A DNA stretch of 64,000 nt, taken from assembly GCF_009914755.1 (NCBI RefSeq), contig NC_060941.1, one strand, 5' to 3'. Shown here one piece after another: positions 57,301 to 64,000 of the stretch. A model generated the notes under the pieces. It was not told the DNA's origin, did no database searches, and was given only the letters and a program-made list of their open reading frames with translations. How positions within the stretch are numbered: the stretch's first letter is position 1; each line of letters opens with the position of its first letter. The position numbers and the translations under genes are program-made. This stretch comes from the human T2T-CHM13v2.0 reference genome, Homo sapiens.

Positions 57301-60300
57301 TTTAGCTAGTAAATTCTCTACCCACCTGAACCCCTACAGCTCAGTGCACTTGCCACTACACATTGCCTGACCCATTTACTAATTTAAGTTGCTATCTGAT
57401 TGAAACATGTTAGAGAACTGCCCCCACCTCCCCTGCTTCCCTGTTGCCACTTGACTATAAGCCTCTCAGGGATAGGAATCATTCATGCTTGTTCTGAATC
57501 CCTTAAAATGTCCACCACAGGCTGGACATCTAGTATGTGCTCACATTCTAGCTGATTTGATGCTCTGCCGTTGCCATGTTGAAATTCTTAAAAATTTTGA
57601 ACACGGGGCCCTACATTTTCATTTGCACTGGGCCCAACAAATTATGTTGCTGGTCCTGCAATTACCATTGTTAAAATTCCTGAGTATGCTGTAAATAGCC
57701 CTTTACACTTTTCAGTGCGCATGCATCATGTTGGGTGATGTTCAAATCAATTGGAGAGGTGGTAAGGGCTGGTATATTTTAATTAAATAAGTGTCTGACA
57801 AAATGAATATATATGGAGGTACACTTTAAACTGTGAGGTGCCTGGCAAATGAAATTATTAGTATTATGGAAGGTAAGAGACAGTAGGTAAATTGATTGAA
57901 GGAGATCATTTGCTCAAGATCATGAAGTTACTAAATGCCAATCAAGATTTGAACTCTCTGTCTAGGGCTCTTAGCACTGCCTGCCTAACTTCTTCATCAA
58001 AGCTACCACCTTTTCTCCTGTCAATCTCATCCATTTCCCTCTTCATCTACTCACTTAGGTTTGACCATTACCTAAGCTGGAGGTAACGGTCAGACCTACT
58101 GACCATTAGCTGGAGGGGGGTCCCTCCAGTGCCTGAAAAATAAAAAAGCCCGAATGATAGGGGGTTGTGGTAAATCCAGCTTTTCTTTCGGCAGGTAGCC
58201 TAGAGGGTGCCTGGAGTTTAAACAAAGTTCCACCATTTTTCCCTTTTGCCTATTCTTCCTCACCTTTACCCTCCCTCCATACATGCCCAGCCCTTCAACA
58301 AGATTGTGTGCGGCACCTAAAATGTTGCTAGTGAAAGGAAAAAGGGTGACAGTTTATTCGGCATCTACTATGTAATCAACTCTGTGCTACATGTTTTCAC
58401 ACTTCACATGTGTTTGTTTTTAAGGCTCTTCTTTCTTATCTTTTTTTTTTTTTTTTTGGAAGGTTTCGCTTTGTCTTCTAGGCTATAGTGCAGTAGTGCA
58501 ATCATGGCTCACTGCAGCCTCAACCTCCTGAGCTCAAGTGATTCTCCTGCCTCACCCTCCCCAGTAGCTGAGACTACAGGCCTATGCCACCATGCCCAGC
58601 TAATTTTTAAAACTTTTTGTAGAGATGGGATCTTACTATGTTGCCCAGGCTGGCCTTGAACTCCTGGCCTCAAGTGATACTTCCGCCTCAGCCTCTTCTT
58701 TCTTATGTCCCTACCCCATTATAGAATCATAGGGCAGAATTGGAAGGAACATTAAAAATCATCTATTCCAATCCTTTCCCTCTTACTTTATAAAGGAGGA
58801 GATGGCTGTCCAGTAAGGGAAGTCACATGCTCAAGGTCATAGACCGCTTCCTCCTGATAAGTATGGATATATCTGGGCCTACGTGTGTACCTGTGTATGG
58901 AGAAGGGTGGCTCAGGGGCAGCTGGGATTGTGCTTACTCAGACATACCACTCTGTGTTGTTGACTGCATCCCCAAAACCTGGTGTGTCCACAATGGTGAG
59001 CCGCAGCCTCACACCCTTCTCTTCTATGTCCACTGCATGCTTAGTGATCTCCACAGTTTGCATGATCCTCTCTGGAGAAAGGGGAAACTGAGGCCAGGGC
59101 AAGGGCAGGGACCTGCCCAGTCAGGATGAACCGCCCACCCCAACCAGCCTTGTTGCTCAGACTGCCTAATCCACACTGCCCCCTTCTCCACTCCCAAGCT
59201 GTCTGGGGGACTGTTCTCTGGGAACCAGCAAGGAGTACATTTCCCAACACAGGAAATGCCGGTGGCTGTTGGCTCTGGCCCCAGCCTCTTCTCTGCTCCC
59301 GGTTTTTTTCTTGGATTCCTGGAATCCTTGGGGGTCAGAGACTCATTCAGAGAGCAAGACTCTGGTCTCTGCCCTGCTTCAGCACCCAAATCTTTAGGGA
59401 GCTGGCTGGTGGGCTGCCAGGCAGTTAGGCCTATGGAGAGCTGCTGTCAGTCTCTCTAGGAGGCCATGGTTTCCTGCATGTGGGGGAGAGCCCCATCCCC
59501 CAGACTCTGGAGTGAGTTTAATTTCCCAAGGCAAGTCTGCCTGATTGTCCTCTCCTTTCCTTACCTTCAGCACCAAGAAGTTTCCGGTCCCGGTACAGAT
59601 CAGTGAGGAAGAGGCTATTGACAAGTGTGGATTTGCCCAGGCCAGACTCTCCTGAGAGGAGAGAGGACAGAGGCACCAAATCAGAAGGTAAGATCTATAG
59701 CCAAAAAGCAACTCCACTGGATCAAGGTTTAGGGGGGACTGCTTTCTTATCTAATTGGAACTAGACTAACCAAACTATAGCATTTTAGAGCTGGGAGGAA
59801 GCACAGAGATTGGCTTGGGGGAGCAAGAGATTGCCCAGGGTCACACAAAAAGAGGCAAATGCTAGGAAACTGTTGGTCAGATGCTCTTTGCAACCAATTC
59901 GAACCCCCACCCCCACCCCACCCCACATACATACACTCTCACAGGCCAATGACTCCTGGCTGTTTTGCAAAACAGTACAGCCACTCGCTGCTTGCTCCCT
60001 GCGACCTATACTCCCTTCCCACTCACGGACACACACACCATCCCCACCTGAAACACACCCTGCCCAACCCAGCCCTGCCCCTTTTTTACCTGCCACCATG
60101 AGGGTAAAGTCAAAGCCTTTCTTCACGGACTTTCGGTGGACTTGGTTGGGGAGGGTTGCAAAGCCCACATACTCCTTGTCATCCTAGTAGACAGGAAGGC
60201 AGAATGCATCACGGTGAGGAGCCAAAGGGGCCCCGGCACCCAGCGCCAATCTTCTCTCCCTTTCAGGCCTTTGCCCCAGCCTTAAAAAAGCAGTGCCAGA

Positions 60301-60440
60301 CTTCTGTGAGTTCCCATCTGAGGCCACCAGCTGGGCCTCCTGCCCTTGCTGAAACTGCAAATTTCCAGTGCCCTTGGGGGCAGATATCTTGGAGCTAGGG
60401 CTGACACAGGACTGAAATAGGTCCCAGATACACACACACA

Positions 60441-60486
<46 letters not shown>

Positions 60487-63044
60487 ACTCCCTGCCCCCG
60501 GTCTTCCTGCAGCAGCCCACTGAAAGGCAAAGGCAGGGCTGGAGGCTCTACCTCAGAGGAATCATAGGGATCAAGCTTGCCCCATGGGCTGCGGGGCCTG
60601 GCAGATGGGCTGAGAGGGGCTGGGGCACAGAAGTACTGCTGGTTGTCAGAGGACTGGGGCCGCGAGGGGGGTCTGAACTCCAGGTCATCATCATAGAGGT
60701 CCGGGGCCTGGGGCCTTGGCTCCGGGACTTGGGGCCTGGATGCCCAGGTCTTAGCCTCTGGTGGGTGGCAGCTCGCATTTCCTGAGAAATCCTTCACGAA
60801 CTTGCTCAGTTCTCCATCATCCGTGGTGTCCTCCAGGAAACGCTTGATCTGGGGGAAGCGGGGTGGGTAGAATAGATGGGTGGTGCCGGGAAGGGAGCCG
60901 GAAGGGAAGAATGAGGAAGGAGACAGAAGACAGGAGAAGGCAAGAGGGAAAGGGAAAGCACTTGTGGTTAGAAGAAAAAGAAACTGCAGCCAAGACAGAG
61001 GAAGTGCTCACCATCCCTCCCTCACCTGCTCACAAGCCTCCCCAATCCAATATGCCAGGAAGGGTCCCAGGGTCCAGGAAGAGCCCTGGGCACCCCCAGA
61101 GCCCTGGCAACTGCTCTTGGGAACTAAGGAACTCCAGTTCTGGTCTCCTTCTCAGCAGCATGTTTTTTGAGGCTGCCTTTCCTGGGGTTCTGGCCTAGCC
61201 AGGGACTGTCTCAGGCCAGGAAGTAAGGCCAGACTGATTAAGATAGAGCAGACAGAGGCATTAAACCCAAAAGGAGAGTACAGTGCATCAGAATGGGGCA
61301 GGGACATGAGGGAAGTAGGCAGGGGAGAAGAAAGCTGACTGCATCAGGCAGGTCAACCAGCAGGGGGTTCTGTACCTCCTGTCACTACTGGTGAGCTGGG
61401 GGACTGGGGTACAGATTCTACTGCTGGTGCTCAATTCCCAGGGTTCACTGCCCAGCGCTCAGTATAGTTGATCCTACCCCTTACTCCAGACACTGAGCCA
61501 CACCCAAATCTGACCCTGGGCCCTGGGAGAGAAGAGTAAACCCGCCAGTGGATGCTGACTGTGGGTGGGAGGCAGCTGGGAGAGACCAGGTGAGGGAGGA
61601 TGGAAGAGCCTGGGAAAGGCTGGGCCTCCAGAGCTTCTGACAGCCCCCAACTGTGAGGGACATATAAGGGGAAGCACCCTGAGTTGTCTCCTTACCCCCT
61701 CTGCCCAGAGCCGGCAGTGCACGAGAGGGCCTGGCCTGAACCATGACCCACAGGGAGTGGAAGGCAGAGAATGGACTGACTCCTCTGTAGAAGCCTGTTC
61801 TACCCCATCCTCAGCTCAGAAGAGGAACTGTTTCCCCCAACTCTCATTGTCAGCTCTAGACCCTAAAGGTTCTCCTCTCCTTTGGGGGTCAGCCTCCTTC
61901 GTGGGGTGCCTGGCAGTGCTGGGCTCAGCTCTGCCTCACAATACCCACGTGCCACCCCCAGACAATGGACAAGGGCCGGCTGCAGAGGCTGACTCACTCT
62001 CTGAGGGTTAGCCAAGCCAGTGGGGACTACCCCAGACCACTGTGGAGTCCCAGCTAGAGTGAGGAAGATAAGATAGCCACAGTCTTCCTGCAAAGGGAAG
62101 AATTGAGGGAGGCAGATATGCATACTGCCAGGTGTATGCCAGAGGGAAGAGGTTGAGATAGGGAGGTTAGAGGGAAAAGTCTGCTAGGAGCTACTGCCAG
62201 GCTGTTGCCTCTGAAGTCTTCACACCTGCTTATAGCCATAGTCTCCAGTGCTCGCCTGGACAGAGGGGAGGAAAAGAGGCCCCTTAGCCCAAAACTAGAA
62301 CCAGCAGATGGAGGCTGGGTGACCAGAAGAGGCTATCCTGAGGCAAGCCTAACCCAAGGCTTTTCTCACCTATGACATTTGTGAGGTCCAGTGGTGACCA
62401 TACATCCCAGTCTATGCCTGCTGTCCTGGCATCATGATTAATTGTGCCCTTTCACTCTCAAAAGTGTCCCAGCTTAGACAATTAATTACATGGCAACAGA
62501 GAAGGGGTGGGACTGGGGGCAGCACGACGTGTTGTCTGGCAGCTAATAAGTCTGGGGAATTCCAGGAAATCCTGCCTCTCTGCACAAATCCACAATGACC
62601 CAGCCGTTGGTCTGGGGGTCAGGACAAGGGTGGGAGAGAGAAAGCTGTGCTTCACCTGGTTTCCCAGGAGCACTGAGTGGAGGGGCAGGGAAGGGAGAAA
62701 GGAAGGCCCTAATGAAGATCCCTAGCCCCCATGATCTTCCAGCAGAGCCTCCGGGAACCCAGCACCATCCTCATCTCTGCCAGCCCTGGCTGCTCATCCG
62801 CATGGAGGGGGCCACAGGGGCTCTAGACAAGGAGTCAGGACACCAGGGTCCTCACCTCCTGCCTGTCCATCCCCACTCCCAGCTCTGCCAGTGACCAAAT
62901 CATTTTCTGACTTTGAGCCCCAATCCCAGCCAAGGCAGGGGGAAGACAGGTCACGTCCACCCATCTCCCAGAGCAGCACCTTACCCCAGCTTCAGTCCTG
63001 TCCTCAGGGACAGAATTCCCTTGCCATCCCAGTGAACGGTCCAT
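54297..63044 (-). CDS. SEPTIN4: Septin 4 (478-aa isoform, 12 coding exons, 1437 nt)
   Basis: Exon chain is phase-consistent. Septin G1 GESGLGKS, G3 DTPG, G4 AKAD and septin-unique element [19 protein letters not shown] are present. Confidence 0.98.
54614..54713 (-). CDS. SEPTIN4: SEPTIN4 penultimate exon KLTRES...KDEE
   Basis: 100 nt, ends in phase 0. Confidence 0.95.
54868..55030 (-). CDS. SEPTIN4: SEPTIN4 exon ENPGHCDF...ERNR
   Basis: 163 nt. Confidence 0.95.
55124..55220 (-). CDS. SEPTIN4: SEPTIN4 exon ESIPFAV...GIVE
   Basis: 97 nt. Confidence 0.95.
55415..55516 (-). CDS. SEPTIN4: SEPTIN4 exon IREEIE...QALK
   Basis: 102 nt. Confidence 0.95.
55606..55723 (-). CDS. SEPTIN4: SEPTIN4 exon (AKAD)
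   Basis: 118 nt. Confidence 0.95.
55752..55836 (-). CDS. SEPTIN4: ARTS-specific C-terminus from the retained 113-nt intron ([27 protein letters not shown]-stop)
   Basis: Reading through the donor at 55836 gives the 27-aa tail of pro-apoptotic ARTS; total 274 aa with an M-IKRF start. Confidence 0.92.
55837..55971 (-). CDS. SEPTIN4: SEPTIN4 exon WKPVAEY...PFGH
   Basis: 135 nt. Confidence 0.95.
56248..58694. mobile_element. Alus in a SEPTIN4 intron: 56248-56562(+), 56960-57257(+), 58441-58694(-)
   Basis: Alu motifs. Confidence 0.88.
58948..59071 (-). CDS. SEPTIN4: SEPTIN4 exon (DTPG)
   Basis: 124 nt. Confidence 0.95.
59565..59651 (-). CDS. SEPTIN4: SEPTIN4 exon (P-loop GESGLGKS)
   Basis: 87 nt. 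Confidence 0.95.
60090..60183 (-). CDS. SEPTIN4: SEPTIN4 exon DDKEYVGF...LMVA
   Basis: 94 nt; polybasic HRKSVKK. Confidence 0.95.
60431..60483. repeat. (CA)6AA(CA)19 microsatellite
   Basis: Direct count. Confidence 0.95.
60552..60848 (-). CDS. SEPTIN4: SEPTIN4 exon IKRFLED...DSSE
   Basis: 297 nt, phases 0/0. Confidence 0.95.
62985..63044 (-). CDS. SEPTIN4: SEPTIN4 first coding exon (MDRSLGW...TEAG)
   Basis: ATG at 63044; donor GGG|gtaagg; 60 nt. Confidence 0.9.
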
Positions 63045-64000
63045 GTCCCACGCTTCAGACTCCCTGTCAGAAAGCTCTAGGTCTAATTTTATCTCCCAGG
63101 CAAAGTTCCTCACACACAGAAACAGCCTTGTTTTGATGCTGTTGTTGTCTGGCTTCCTGGCTTGCTCCTTTCCCTTTCTCTTTGACCCCCTTCTGTCTCT
63201 GGCAGGGGCCAAAAAAGCCTGTGGAATGTCCTTCCCCACCCCTCTTCTCCTCCCCTTCCCTTGGCTCCCACCCTCCAAGGACAGCTCAGCTGCAGCAGGA
63301 TCACTTGGTTCCTCTGCAGTCCCCTCCTCCTCTGATTGGCTGTCCCATGACGCCTGCCTGCTGCCTACCCTGGTGGGCACAGCACCAACCTCCCAATGTC
63401 TGTTTGCAGCCAGGCTTTTGATCCATTTGACCTCTCCTGTTAACCCCCAAGGACACTGTGGCCTGTATGAGGACTATGAGCTATCCCCAAGTGACCTGGC
63501 CCATCAGCACATGAGGACAGCCACCTAGGATACCCATTCCCAAAGGATTTCAATCCCCCAGTCTCTCTTTCACCTTAACTTTAAGCAGTGCTGGAGTAGG
63601 TGAGATGTCCTATACTCCCCCATATAGGTTTTCGTGGGAATGGTCCCACACTTCTTCCCAAGTGTTCATTTGTTTTTTTTTTTTTTCCTGTGAGGAACGT
63701 CACTGTTTCAGAAATCTGCTCCTAAATTTCCCTGCAGGGAGCATCAGCCACAGAGAAGACTTTGCTCCAGGGACTCCCCTTACCCTAGGACACCTGACCT
63801 CTGACTTATAGCAACCTGTATCAATTAGATCACTCCATGGCTTCCATAGTGTCAACAGGGGAGCTGTTAGCACTTGGTCTCTGAGGAGCACGGGTTCAAG
63901 GCAATGGGAGGCTGGCAGCCCAGAAGCTTCAGAGCTGCCATTTAGGTGGGAGATAAATTAAGGGGCCTGGTTGGAAGTGTGCACTCAACTAGGGGTCAGG

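Noticed and set aside
63700-63960. Extra SEPTIN4 coding exon ending at donor AGG|gtaagg (63783)
   Set aside because: It is in phase with the IKRF exon, but there is no in-frame ATG before an upstream TAA and no clear acceptor; it may be non-coding.

Overview
Primate (almost certainly human, 17q22) genomic DNA, very Alu-dense, carrying three protein-coding genes head-to-tail on the minus strand. (1) SEPTIN4: the 478-aa isoform is complete in 12 coding exons (63044->54297), plus the intron-retaining ARTS tail. (2) MTMR4: complete, 18 coding exons, 1209 aa (48278->25539), with an upstream alternative promoter and start. (3) HSF5: exons 1-3 (22150->750); the gene runs off the left edge. All exon boundaries were read by hand from GT-AG sites and are phase-consistent. 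A processed SET (TAF-Ibeta) pseudogene sits in HSF5 intron 2. I see no clearly new biological system. The two best leads are: (a) a ~205-bp duplicate of the SEPTIN4 last intron and 3' splice site lying just downstream of the gene, split by an inverted AluY pair, which forms a complete-looking alternative terminal exon (LRRTQFCI-stop, then AATAAA) and a new plus-strand splice donor; (b) one 15-bp target-site duplication that encloses both an Alu and the SET retrocopy, indicating either a chimeric retrotranscript or re-use of one L1 target site. Gene names come from recognising the proteins from memory; repeat names and repeat boundaries are by eye and approximate.
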